Origin: Octopus sinensis
Taxonomy: Eukaryota
NCBI RefSeq assembly: GCF_006345805.1
Contig: NC_043000.1
Coordinates: forward strand, 150,288,001 to 150,352,000
Direction: 5' to 3'
DNA length: 64,000 nucleotides
Positions 49,171-62,534 of the stretch are shown here, in pieces (the stretch's first letter is position 1; each line of letters begins with the position of its first letter). A model generated the notes under the pieces. It was not told where the DNA came from and made no database searches. It saw only the letters and a program-made list of their open reading frames with translations. Made by a program: the position numbers and the translations under genes.

Positions 49171-52100
49171 ATTTTCATTAGTCCAGTTGATAGTGATGAT
49201 ACACACACATTTGGCCAAGATGCCATTGACCTCAGAATCTTTACTTCTTATACATAATTCTAACAGTGACATCATGCCTAAGAATGTTGAAACTGTTAAT
49301 AATTAATTAGAGAATTATAGTGATAAAACTATATCATAAAACAGGAAAACAATGATTTTCATTGCCCATGAAATTCAAAGTATTAAATTCATCCAATCTA
49401 GTTCATACAAAATAGTTATCAAAAGTTTAATTTAGAAGAAAACTTAAAACCTAAAACTTTAGTGTTAAAAAAATATTTTAAAATTATGCATCAAACATTA
49501 AAAAAACTTATTAAAAAGCAATGATAAAACAAACATGCATACATGTATGTATCTGTTTTAGTAATTTTTTTTATATATGTATATGTGTGTATACATTCAA
49601 AACAAAAAAAAATATTAGTATATAATTCTGATAAAATTTTAATTAAGTTGATATAAAAACTATAAGTAGTAATATCAATTCTTTTTCGTTTTTTAAATTT
49701 TTTTTTTTTCAAACTAACTTTATTTGAATGCGATCTACTTGCTTTTCATCAACAGAGAGTCAGTAGCAGAAGCTGTGTGAAATAGAATTTTAGTTTTTAA
49801 TTAGAAAATTATTTAATAGTTACATGAAAACCCATAATTATATCTCGAGGTTTAGACAATGCTAAATATTGGACTACTAATTTTAGAGCTAATACAATAC
49901 TATTATTGCATCTGGAAAAAAAATGAGTAAACATAGGTTTTAAATCTAAACTATAGAGAGCTTTTTGATACAACAACAACAGTTAACTGGTTTATTTCAA
50001 AATGCTTTGAAAAGTGCCCAATGACTAACTATTTACATGGATTTTCTATAGTGATTTAGCCGACAAAAACTAACTACAACTTTCTAAGGTATTATCTCAT
50101 TTATTAAAGGAATTACAAATTCACCGATATTCATGACTGCATTTATTTTAGAATCTTAATTTAAATTTCAAAATTGTAGCTGACAAAAATCGTGATGAAC
50201 TTTTCTTTACCAATTAGTAAATACAATGAACAAACAGTCTTTAGAATAATGTAAGAGAATATACTGTCAGGCTCAAACATATATATAGATATCTTTTTTT
50301 TTTCTTTTTTTTTATGGTGATGAAGAATACGACCAACATAAATTTACAAGGTTAAAACAGTCTCAAATTCAAATTTACTATATGAAAAAAAAAATTAAAA
50401 TTCCCATTCTTACAAGACGCAAAACGGTATGTATCTGAGTTAACTTGTTTATGATTTCAAAATTAGTCAACAGACTAATTTAACAATTAAGTTACTAACA
50501 GGATTGTAAAGATGTAATGTACATTCACTAATGCCAATCAATTAATTTGAAAACTAAATTGTATCCTCAATCAAAAATGCACACACACATACACGCACAC
50601 GTGCAGACACACACACAGAGCAACCCTTAAAATATACCAAATAAAATATTGCAAACAATATCTTAAACTGAAAATATTCAGACTGAAAGAAAACATCATT
50701 TATGAAATAATGCTGAGATCAGAATATATAATGGTACACATTTTAAACATTATTCATTCTTATTTTAATAAGATGAACACCATAATGTCAGAAGAGATCA
50801 GCATATATCAGAATTTCACATAAGTAGTTATTTTTATTTCCATAACTTTATAACCTAATAACTTAAACCATCTTCTTAGAAGGATACTAAGATGGGAACG
50901 AAAGACTCTTACTACCTCAATAATACTTGGCTTTGATTTATAAAGGAATTAAAATTGATGTTGATCTCTCTTGAAAGATTTCCCTTTTTCTTAATATCAA
51001 TAAAATAATAACCATTTTGATCAAATAATAGCAGCGAAAGAGTTTAAAAGTTGATATAATTACCAAAGATGGAAAATATGGGGCATAAAATTAGGAACAA
51101 TAAAACCATGAAGAAGGCTGAAACAATCCCTCAGGAAAACCACAAAAACTGACATGCTTTGATATTTATAAAATTAAGTAGAATATCTGAGATAAACAAA
51201 AGCAAAATATATATAGTCTTGAAAAGTAAAGATAAAACATTGCTCTAGATAAGGAAATTATATTTCAGTTACAGTTGGACTGTTCCACTTTTCTTTTATT
51301 GAATTTTCTAACTTCTCTTAAAAATAAACACCTTGAAACTATAACCATGTGTGAGTGTGGTGTGTGTCTGTGTACATATAATTTTTACAAGGAAAAGGTT
51401 GACAGTAACTTCAAAGTTTTAGTTTGCTTACCTAGATTACAGTGGACAAGCTGAAACATCGAAATTACTACCAACCTTTTCCTTGTAAAAAATCAATAAA
51501 CCTGAATCTACTAAACTGTACTGAGTAAGTCTTCAGTTTAATGTTAAACTGTTTTTGTATAACTTGACATAAAAAATGAAAATTAATATATAATTTTAAA
51601 AAAACAGTGACAAGTTTCATACCATGGAGAGGCATATTTGAATAAGCCACTCCAAGGCAAAACTTGTGACAGTAAATTTTTCTTATAAATAAATAAAAAA
51701 AAATTAACTATCTGTATCAAGTTCTCTATCAGATGATAACATTAATTAGTATCAATGTATCCCACAGTATGTATTTCATTTGAAGTATTTCAAAGTCAAA
51801 TTCAAGTGATTCTATTATACCTATGCTTTAATCAAATTCTATGTATAAAAATAACAATTTACTTCACTTTCCATCGTTTGATTACTGATGGTGCAGTGGG
51901 TGGGTACCAGAAAACAATTGACCACATTTGTGTCAAGCTGTCCAATCTTAGCCACAGATGTTGACTGGATATCAAAACAGGTTAGAAAATATGTAGACAT
52001 TTAGTAAAAACTGCTATTCGTAACAATACACTGATTTAAGTCCAAGAAAACTAGTATGAAAATTAACACAAACAGCCAATATCATTGAAGACTGAATTTA

Positions 52101-52999
52101 GAAAGCATGTCTTTTGATCAATATATCCAACTCCCCTGACAAAATTTGGAGTTGAGAGACTCAAGATAGAACCTAGAAGTAGATGTAAAATAGATGCGTA
52201 TGGGATTATAAATAGAAATTAAACTCATGAAAATAAGAGTATTAAGAATTAGTAAAATTAAATATAAGTAAAAACAAGGTTCCAAATGTCATATAAGCAT
52301 TCTAAAAAAAAAAATGATGAAACTAAGCATCGTACACACTATGGAAGAATCTCTACAAACAACACATCTAGCACACTTAGAGAAAACAACACTGCATGCA
52401 CTAAAGTTGAATCAAAATTTTAAAAGAGAGATATTTTTTTTATTGAGGTACAAGGCTTATGTCCAAAAGAAGAGCATGGTCAATTCCATTTGTATATTTT
52501 ATGAATCTGGAAGAATGAAAGGCAAAGCTAAATTAGGCAAGATTTTGAAGAATTAATCTAAATATCATAAAGTACTTAATCCTGTGCTCCACTAATTTTT
52601 TCTTAAATAGGCACAAAGCAGAAACTTTGAAGTAGTTGGAGTAGTAGACTATATTGACCCCATCATTACCTGACTGGTATTTATTTTACTGACACTGGAA
52701 GGATTTAAGGCAAAATTGACCTCAGAAGATGGAACTCAAACAAATACTGCAAAGCATTTTGTCTGGTGTTCTTATGATTGCTAATTCAATAATAATAATA
52801 GTAACAATTCTTATTCAGCAGAAATTTATTTTTTGCTGGTTGAGGGAACAATTGATTATATCATCTGAATGATGGAAGGCAAAATTGATATTGGCATGAA
52901 TACTGTGTAGAAAAGAACTTTGAAAGAAGAAACAGAGGCCCTCCAGCCATCATGTATAAATTAGTCTAAAAGTGTATAAATTCTTTGATATCAACATTC

Positions 53000-53300
53000 A
53001 ATAAAACCAAAATGTTAGAGGGTTAAGCAACCAGATGATGCTAGCATAGACAAGAGAATCAACATTGTAATTCCTGGGAGTAACAGAGCGAAAAGGAAAA
53101 AAAAAATACCAAAAAAATTAAGTACTAACGCCTCAAGTCTGAGATAGCAGCTATATAATTGCTGAAATAGATGTAATACCAGTAGTGTTAGGAACAGTAT
53201 TATGTACTAGGTTAGACAAACAGTTAATCAAGATAAAAATTAGAATGGAATATCTCAAAACTACTTAGAAATGGCTAGAATATTAGAGATCTAGTGTAAG
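53000..53300 (+). mobile_element. Ancient RLE-type (R4/NeSL/CRE-like) LINE 3' remnant
   Basis: Fragments IVIPGSN..KRKKKI, DVIPVVLGT and ARIL resemble the RLE C-terminus. Confidence 0.4.
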
Positions 53301-53564
53301 TGTCAAATTAAAACAGCATAAAATGCATTAAAGACAATATTATGAATTGTAATTCACTGCTTCATACAAACACTCTCTAGTATAAATGTTAAAACTAAGA
53401 AAGGATAATAGTAATAAGGAATCATTTCTATTGATTAAGAAAACTTCAATATTTTTGAAAGAGGAGAAAGAGGAACAGACCCCCCCATAATTATCAAGGT
53501 ATTATTTTGTATTCTACTTTGTTTAAATGAGAATTAGTTCTAACATGGCACAAAGCCAGAAACT

Positions 53565-53735
53565 TCTGGAGAAGAGAACAATTGATTATATAAATACCAG
53601 TACATGACTGGTACTCGTTTTATTGAGCCCGGAAGGATGAAAGGCAAAGTTAATCACGGCAGGATTTGCACTCAGAACATAAAGGGCTGTGACTAAATAC
53701 TGCAAAGTATTTTCTTTGACACTAACAATTCTGCC
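53565..53735 (-). mobile_element. SINE family B, degenerate (another remnant at ~52640-52790)
   Basis: GGAAGGATGAAAGGCAAAG...ACTCAGAAC. Confidence 0.7.
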
Positions 53736-56700
53736 ATCCAATGTCCTACTTTGTTTAAATACAAATACAACCATTGTAAAAAACATAATTTTTAAAATAT
53801 TAAAACATAATTCATTTTCATATAAAACAACAAATGATTTCTGAGCTTACTTCATAATGTTTTGCAACATTTGAGAATTTGAGAGAAAAAACAATTATGC
53901 ACATACACTTCCACACAAAGATGACGGTGAATAGTTCTAAACTTCTGAGTAATTTTGTTCTATAATATGTGAATAGAACTCGAATAGAAATTTTTATGAC
54001 TAATGCAAGTCATGTCCCTTTACACCTGATTAGCAGCAGTATTCAAGCAGTAATTTTATATTTAACCACTGAACTTCAACTGAGTAAAGTGTACAGAAGG
54101 ATTGGTTTTCAAATTTCCAAATTAATTCCTAAAATTACAGGTATTTTCGTAGAGATTGTTATAGTATTTTATTTACTTGATACCGTTAGTATTTATGTTA
54201 GTGTTACTTACAAGCTTGACTTGAATAAAATGTAATTAAATATAAAATATAATCAAATCTTTAAGCTCTAAAGGATTTAATTACTTTTTAAGAAGGCAAT
54301 TGAATACAAAATAAAATTTTTACAGAACTGATTTTTTGAAAAAACAAAAATCATAAGCTATAATTATTCAAATAAATTTTATAACATAATAACATTAAGA
54401 AAAAATATATTGTAAAAAATAAACTGATAAACTAAAAAAAACTTTAAGGAAGATGAATATAAATTGTAAGCACATTCAAGCATTCAACATTAACCATGCA
54501 TTAAACATTACAAAAAATTATTTAACTAACTAAATATCTTTCAGAGGACAATACATGGAAATCAAACTCAGAATCATGAAGTCCCATCAGAAATAATTTA
54601 GCCTTTTGACATTAACGAATTAATGTGTCAATAATATGCAGAGATAAATAAATAAATCTGTTAACAAAAGAAGTGATGTCTGTTAAAAGTTCAAATGAAA
54701 GAGATAAATCAATGGTTAGTACCTATTCGGTTACAGAAATATTTACATTAAAAACAAATCCGTGTGTAATATCTTTAGAAAATAAATCATTTGCGAAATG
54801 GAGTAAATTTGAAAGGGAATGGCCTGTCAGTATAAAAATCTTGATCCATTATAGAAAATTCTTCTTTCACTATTTCATCAAACAATTTTTAATCAGACAA
54901 ATGTTCATGTCTTTTGAATATGTAAAAACAGGATGAAAATAACAGATCAAGATATGTTCACATTTTGCTATTAACTTAGAGATTATGTTGAATATTTTTT
55001 TTTTTATAAAGAACATAGACCACAGGAGTGGATAAAAAGCTCATCACAGTCTCTTTCAGTCACCTATGTGCATTGATTTATCAATAGCAAGCAACTTATT
55101 TTACTAACTACTGATTTTTACTAATAGCGCTGAGTAATATTATGTATATTTATTAGCTGAACACAGCGGACTAATTTTTTGATCATTTTGTTACATTCCA
55201 AAAGATATTTTCATAAATTACCATTTTCATTGTTAACGAACAGGTTAACTAATAGATGTTAAATCTAGAGAACCAATGCTGCCAATCAACTTCAGCAAAT
55301 TTTATTAGTTCAAACACTAAAAATCTAAATGACACTAGTTGTAAAATTGATTTCAAATTTTTGTTGTAAAATATCTATTACAGCTGGAAAACAATTCTAT
55401 ATTTGAGAGAGTGAGAGTGAAACAAATTGAGGAGGAAGAATCATCTAATGAATAGTAAATTTAATCTTTTTTGTGTAAAATTTACCTTTAGAAGATCATC
55501 ACAAGCCTTTATGATGAAATAGATGTATCGACATGAAAACTACGAAAGAGCTTGTCATGATAACAACCTACTCTATTGCCAATGAATTAACAGATAAAAC
55601 ATTCGTACAATGTTTTAAATGTATTTTGAAAACTGTGGAAAGCAGCAATATTTCTAGAAAACAATATCAATATGTATCTCTTGCTGATATAACTACTACA
55701 AAATGTTTATAAATATTCCATGGTTTTTTTTTTTTAGAACTTTTTCTGCCAGGAACAAGAGGCAACAATTAAAAATAAATACTTGAAAAAGCGTACATGA
55801 TAAATATACAAAAAATATAAAATTGATTTTATAACCAATTAATTAATTATTGTTGGAGCTAAATTTTCATTGTTGGTATTTTGCATGACATTAATTAGAT
55901 TAAGCATGTACATTTTCTATAAAAAATTACATAAAAATATATATGTATATATATATATATTTGGTCTGGTATGGTACAACCATATGGCAATTAACAATGA
56001 AACAAGATAAATTACGTTTACAAATTTATACACATTGATTTCAATCTATGGCAAGCCTTCCTAAGGTTCAAGTTATAGATATCTATGTAACGCTTAAAAA
56101 TCTTAGTATTTGATTCCACAAAAAACGTTTAAAAGAAAACTGTTGGCTGCTTAATAATTTAATTTCTTTTCCTACGTAGCAGTTTGAAGTTAATCTATAA
56201 TCTAATGATCTCAATAATATTAGTTGCTATTACCGTTGAGTGTAGAAAAAACCAGCAACTATATCTCAAATATGAAATATTTCCAACAATATAAATATGT
56301 AAATCAAGTGATTAGATCTACTTGATAACAGCAATATCACACTGAATTAGTTGAGAACACAGGCGCACAATAATTGTTCATTCATACGTTTTACATGCAC
56401 ACAAACAATATTTTACAAACGTGCATGTAAGAAAACGATGCTAAAGTATGCAATCTCCCTGACATGTTTATCTGTGGGTGTGTATATGTATGTGAATGGA
56501 GGATTGTGTGTGTGTGTGTGTACACTAATGTATGTATATACGGATGCACATACACACACAGATATACACACATTTTATGTTTATAAAAGATGATTTGTCT
56601 GATAAACTATAAATGTTCTATTTTTTTTTATTAATTTTTTTTTTTTTTTTTGTAATTATTAAATAATACTCTCACCCAATGAAATTAAAAGATAAAAATT

Positions 56701-57025
56701 GCATGCTAAAACATACAACTCAACAGTGACTGGGTCATTTCTTTAAATTTGACAGTTTCAATGCTAGTGAGCACATTTGTAATTCTGGGCATTCCAGGAT
56801 GAATTTGTTCTGACAATTCTGAAGGCAACCTAGAGACCAACTCTTTAATATATATATTTTTTTTATCTTTGTAGAACAGATGATACTCACCAAGCAGAGC
56901 AAACTCTGGGGATATGACTCAGTCAACCTGCCTACTGGCAAGGTAGCAAATGTAATAATATAAACATTAGTTTGACAGATCAAGGATTACATGAAAATGG
57001 ATTTATGGACTAATGATCTTGTTTA

Positions 57026-57263
57026 TCAATCCCCAGTTGTTACCCTAGGCTTTTTTTCAGCTGATGGTTGATCGTCGTGATCTGTGACATTGATAGGGTG
57101 ATGGAGGACGGGATGTAATGAGGGAGATGGATTGTGATGATTTGGAGACAGATGTGGAACAACTGTTTGTAAGCGATGAGTGGATATATTTGGGGATGTT
57201 GAATCTCGAGGTGGTGTGACTGGTTCACTTTTGATTTTTCCACTTTCCGTTGTATGAATTGAG
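57026..57263 (-). CDS. MEF2: MEF2 terminal coding exon: SIHTTESGKIKSEPVTPPRD...AEKKPRVTTGD*
   Basis: IKSEPVTPPRD corresponds to the MEF2 SUMO motif (vertebrate IKSEP[VI]SPPRD); basic C-terminal NLS-like KKPR; phase-2 acceptor consistent with the previous exon. Confidence 0.92.
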
Positions 57264-57399
57264 CTTTAAAAAGAAAAAAAGAAAATTACATGAGTAATGA
57301 TTAAAAAAAAAAGGTCTATAAAATACATCTTTAAGCGAAAGACTAATTGCTATGAGGCACTGACATTTTTTTTTAAATAAAAAGGAAATATTTTCACAT

Positions 57400-57811
57400 A
57401 TACTCTTTTTTTTTTTTTTACTTTTTTCAGTCATTTGACTGCGGCCATGCTGGAGCACCGCCTTTTAATCGAGCAAATCAACCCCGGGACTTATTCTTTT
57501 GTAAGCCCAGTACTTATTCTATCGGTCTCTTTTGCCGAACCACTAAGTAACGGGGACATAAACACACCAGCATCGGTTGTCAAGCAATGCTAGGGGACAA
57601 ACACAGACACACAAACACACGCACGCATATATATATACACATATATACGACGGGCTTCTTTCAGTTTCCGTCTACCAAATCCACTCACAAGGCTTTGGTC
57701 GGCCCGAGGCTATAGTAGAAGACACTTGCCCAAGGTGCCACGAAGTGGGACTGAACCCGGAACCATGTGGTTGGTAAACAAGCTACTTACCACACAGCCA
57801 CTCCTGCGCCT
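57400..57811 (-). mobile_element. SINE family A in the last MEF2 intron
   Basis: Full copy. Confidence 0.9.
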
Positions 57812-58334
57812 ATATATATTTACTTAATTTAGGTTACAAGGTTTTTATACCAGAAAAATTACATAAATAATTGGATAAGTGATTTACATTATTGGATTAA
57901 TCTCCTTACAGTAAGTGCTCAGCAAAACATAGTATTCTGAAGACTCTTGGGAGTCAAATGGTGTGAGAGATGAAGAAATAATAAAGAGTAGACAGTTTGA
58001 CCTTGAGTAAAATCGAATAATCCAAAGTACAAAAGGAAAGGGAAAACTTACACCTGAGAACAATGCAGAAAGAAAAAGAAAATCATAACTAAAGAGAAGC
58101 TGTAAGTGAAGCATAAGAGAGACTGGTAAGAATTGAAAGAGGCCCTTTCTTTTCAGTTGTGTTAGAGGCAGTGACAGCCAGCACATAGCAATAAAATGTA
58201 AGTGGTATGTATTTTCAACTACACTTGGACATAAACAAACAAATATGTGTTGACTGAATAAAAAAAAAATTTTCTGAAGATGATGATGATTCATTTGACT
58301 ATATAGACAAGAAAAATTTGAAAAACATTGTTAC

Positions 58335-58449
58335 CTGGCAGATAGTTGTAGACTTGGACCATGAGCTGAACCTTGAGTCGCCCATTGGGTTAGAAACGTT
58401 TTGTTGCTACCTATGAAACCAGCTAAGTCTGCACTGAACTGGGCATCAT
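58335..58449 (-). CDS. MEF2: MEF2 exon: (D)DAQFSADLAGFIGSNKTFLTQWATQGSAHGPSLQLSA(S)
   Basis: TTTTAG|...CCAG|GTAAC; phase 1 to 2; resembles the MEF2 SADL..GF..W segment. Confidence 0.9.
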
Positions 58450-58779
58450 CTAAAATATTTTTTAAAATATACAAAAGTAAATGATTATTTGGAAACAGTT
58501 CACCACATTCTACTTAACCCTTTATCATATTTGATAGAATTCATAATGGTAAAAAAATTAAATAAATCATACCCATAACTGTTTTTAGTATTGATACACT
58601 ATCTTTGTACATTGTAGGATACAATTAAAAGGTTTGGAGTTGGGAAGAGCACCTAGCCATTAAATACTACCTCAAAAATCCCATCCAACCTATTCCAACA
58701 CAGAAATAGGGAGGTGGTGGTGATGATGATAATCCTATAACTTAACTTTTACAAAAGCTTGGAAATAGTAGTTGTGATA

Positions 58780-59162
58780 CCTGTGCCGGTGGCACATAAA
58801 AAGCACCATCCGAACGTGGCCGTTGCCAGCGCCACCACGGCTGGCTTCTGTGCCGGTAGCACATAAAAAGCACCATCCGAACGTGGCCAATGCCAGCGCC
58901 GCCTTGGCTGGCTTCCGTGCCGGTGGCACGTTAAAAGCACCAACCGATCGTGGCCGATGCCGGACTCCCCTGGCACCTGTGCAGGTGGCACGTAAAAAGC
59001 ACCCACTACACTCATGGAGTGGTTGGCATTAGGAAGGGCATCCAGCTGTAGAAACACTACCAGATCAGACTGGAGCCTGGTGCAGCCCCTGGCTTCCCAG
59101 ACCCCGGTCGAACCGTCCAACCCGTGCTAGTGCGGAAAACGGACGTTAAACGATGATGATGA
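58780..59162 (+). mobile_element. Family E element with 3+ ~65-bp monomers
   Basis: GTGCCGGT(G/A)GCAC..AAAAGCACCA.CCGA.CGTGGCC repeated; (GAT)n tail. Confidence 0.85.
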
Positions 59163-59679
59163 TTTTTAATTACATATTTTTCCTAATATTTATAAAAAAG
59201 GGATAAATATTTAATAAATACAAGACCAAAAATTTCATTTAAATCAAGAGTCATCATTTTTTATGTTTGTTTTCTTCATGCTTGCATGGGTTGGACAGGT
59301 CGTCCACACTTATCTCCAATACAAGGTTTAGCCTCCTACTCCATACCTCCTTCTTCTGAAGGTTCTTTCTATTTGGAGTGCTTGGAACTTCTTTGAGTGT
59401 ATGTCATCCTCCTTACAAACACATCACATGCCCTTTCTTGCACACAGTTGATTCCATTTATACCCAGTGTTTCTCTCTGGCCACAAGCTCTGTTATTTAT
59501 GAACACTAACATTACACATCCATTAACGCATGCTCGCTTAATTTCTTTTCACTGTTTACACATTCCCAACAATGAAATGCAGATATGTTTAATGAAATTG
59601 ATACAGTTTAAAAAAAAAAAAAAAGATTAGCATAACCACATAAAGAATTCAGTATTAAAGAATGAAAGGTTCTAATTAC

Positions 59680-59770
59680 CTGCTAACTGGGACGGATTAG
59701 TCATTGTACTTCCAGGTGTGGCTACAGATACGACAGGTGTATCCAGGGCACTCAAGCCTCCACGAATATT
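59680..59770 (-). CDS. MEF2: MEF2 exon: NIRGGLSALDTPVVSVATPGSTMTNPSQLA
   Basis: TPVVSVATP is the MEF2 p38-target transactivation motif; GAAG|AAT...GCAG|GTAATT. Confidence 0.95.
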
Positions 59771-60010
59771 CTTCAAAGAAATGTTACAAAAATGTTATCA
59801 AAAATAAAATATGTAACCTTTAAGCAGCAATAAATATATGTAAACTTAAGTCATGCATGTCAACATCTGTACAAAGATAATGGATGGAGACTTTTTTCAT
59901 TCATTATAATCCTTAATTATGACAAATAATTTCATCATTGACACTCATTTGTTTTATACATTGCACCATTATTTTGCAAACATATAAGGTATACTAAATT
60001 TACACACACA

Positions 60011-60014
<4 letters not shown>

Positions 60015-60096
<82 letters not shown>
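60015..60096. repeat. (TA)n(GA)n microsatellite
   Basis: Seen directly. Confidence 0.95.
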
Positions 60097-60098
<2 letters not shown>

Positions 60099-60833
60099 GT
60101 AGAATGATTTAGCAATATATGCCAATTTCTTGTACACTAATTGTTTATACTTTCTAACATTTTCATACATACTGTCTTTGTTGGCATGACTTTTTAAGCA
60201 AAATTATATTTCTCCATGAATGTATAGTCATAGCTGATGCCACTCTCAATGAAGAAATAAAGGTCTCTATTTTCAGTTCAGAAAACTAAGGGTTGGAACA
60301 TATCTGTTTAGTAACTATTTTATTATCTTTCACAGGTGTGGTCCCAGGAATTTTTCGAAGGGAGGTCACAAGGTCAGAAGGGAATACAATTCCAGGAGAA
60401 ATGGGCATAATAATATTATTTAGAAAGGCACACTTCTTTTCTCTTTGCCCTTCAGCTCCCACCCCACCTTCAAATAGTAGTACTAACCTGAATTTAACTA
60501 GCAAGATTCTACTAAGACTTTTGTTAATTACAAATTCCAGCTTGACTATTAAAAATGCTGCAATAAACTTAATAGAAAGACTGCAATAGCCAAAAGCATA
60601 TTTTATCTCTTTCAAGCACTTATAAATATTAAGCATGTAGGTTAAATAGGTTAGCAAACACCTGTCTTTTTAAAACTCCACATCAACTCTGATCAAGCAC
60701 CAGTAATCTTTAGAAAGAATTTTGTACCATACAAATGCACTAGTAATACAATCAAATTTGAAAAGCATTCATTTGAAGAAAACACTTTCTTTTCTTTTTA
60801 CAGAGGAGGTAAAGAATTTTCAAGTCGACTTAA

Positions 60834-61052
60834 CCCTTTAGTGTTCTGATTATTCTATCAAACATAATGCTTATTGATTCACATTGATTTGAATTAATCA
60901 TGCATTATCTCATATCTTCAAGATCTTGATGGTGTAATTACTTAATGTAGAATAACATTGTAGGGTAGGTGTGAGGGCCTGGATCTGGTCAGTTTGAACA
61001 TAAAACAGATTAGCTATTTTGGCCGGATATGGCCGGTTTTAATACCAAAGGG
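60834..61052 (+). mobile_element. piggyBac-type MITE, 32 bp from a MEF2 donor
   Basis: TTAA|CCCTTTAG ... CCAAAGGG|TTAA. Confidence 0.75.
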
Positions 61053-61084
61053 TTAAAGAATGAGAAATAATTCAAAATACTCAC

Positions 61085-61350
61085 AATATCATTGGTTAAC
61101 TTTGGCGGTATGAGTATTCTTAAATCTGGTCTAGATTTAGTTTGTAGTAAATGTCCTGCACTGGTAGTACTTAAGTCAGTAACATCTTTATTGTTAACCA
61201 ATGTAGTAACTAAAGATGGACCAGGTGAAGAATGTGCTCCAGGAGAATTGCTGTCTTCTGTGGCTTGGGATGGTATCTGTAGAGAACGAGTGGCGGTAAC
61301 TGGAGAACTGGATGAATCTCCACCACTTTTTGAACCTGAATATAGCGATA
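61085..61350 (-). CDS. MEF2: MEF2 exon: (V)SLYSGSKSGG...LLQTKSRPDLRILIPPKLTNDI
   Basis: SRPDLRILIPP is the MEF2 MAPK-docking motif; donor ATT|GTGAGT; alternative in-frame acceptor at 61335. Confidence 0.92.
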
Positions 61351-62031
61351 CTTTAAAACAGAAATAAATATCAGGCATGAGTAGATAATTCGTTTTAGTT
61401 TAAGATTCATTCTAAAATATTTCATTAAACTATTCAAATTGAAAAGGAGTTAATTCATAGAAATCACAACCACTGATTTATAATCTGTATTGTCATTTGC
61501 TCTTCCATACAAATATGACTCAGAACATTCTGATATTACTATGCAATAGCACGTCAATAATTTGGTTAAAAAGAAAAATATTGCTAAACAGAAGAATGTC
61601 TACCTTCAAATATGCACAAAAATATAAAAATTATTAACCAAAGAATACTCTAAATGAATAGCATAAAGTAATATAAATGCATCAAGTTGTTGGCACAAAT
61701 GAACCAAAAACGTTTATCACACAATATAATACAGCCCTAAATGAAAAAAAAAGCATTATTTATATTTTTCTTACATCTGATTTCCATGTTAGCATGGCTT
61801 GGACATTTAGATAGGATCCAATGAGTCAGAGACCATGTCTTGCTCCAGTGTCTCAGTTTCGGCAAAGTTTTTATACCTAGAATGCCTTCCTAATTAATGT
61901 TAATTACTTTACTGTATTGGGTGCATTTTTAATGGCACCAATACCTCACAATTTTTCTAAAATAACTGAACTGCATCATTAAACACTTTTCCAAATGTAA
62001 ACATAAATTTGCAAAATAATTTTATTTTTAC

Positions 62032-62254
62032 CTGATGTGGAAGGCACAGGACTGTAGCTAGCTGGTATTGCAGAAATTGTAGACTGACCATTCTGATTAG
62101 AAGGTAACAAAAGAACTGTATTTTGACCAGTTGCAGCCGACACAGATGAAGCTGCCTGAGAACTGTTTATACCAGAATTAGGGATTGAGAAGTTACCAAC
62201 AGGTACAGAAGCAGGAACTGAAGGATAAGACGTCACTGAAGTTGGAGTCTGTTG
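62032..62254 (-). CDS. MEF2: MEF2 exon: QQTPTSVTSYPSVPASVPVGNF...YSPVPSTS
   Basis: TTCTTTCAG|CAA...TCAG|GTAAAA; phase 0 to 1; S/P/T-rich. Confidence 0.88.
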
Positions 62255-62534
62255 CTGAAAGAAGATGACAGTCAAATTAAAAATCACAAAAATTAGAAGC
62301 AATGATATAATTAGTAGGTTATAGAAAACTAATAACTATAGAAAAAAGAGATAATGAGGGACAGGCCTTTCTCTCAACTGATACCAGATTAGTCCAGCTA
62401 ACTTAACCCAGAAAGGACCATATCTGTTCTCTCATTAAGTAAACTGTAAAAGAAACAAAGCCTTCAACAGGATATGAACTCATGATCTAGCAGTTTGAAA
62501 CTGTATTTTAACCATGTTTCCTCTACATGAATTA

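Noticed and set aside
52205-52214. MEF2-type A/T-rich site TTATAAATAG (autoregulation)
   Set aside because: Such sites are expected by chance at this AT content.
4080-57777. Recurrent ORFs MSSNARGTNT..., MLGGQT... and ...HIYDGLLSVSVYQIHSQG...
   Set aside because: They are antisense translations of SINE family A copies, not a gene family.
60286-60590. Both-strand open frames in the MEF2 intron where vertebrates have the beta exon
   Set aside because: No convincing phase-0 acceptor/donor pair and no acidic beta-like peptide. The best acceptor gives an early stop.
60795-60815. Micro-exon-like TTTTTACAG|AGGAG|GTAAAG
   Set aside because: It is on the strand opposite MEF2 with no supporting plus-strand gene, so likely chance.
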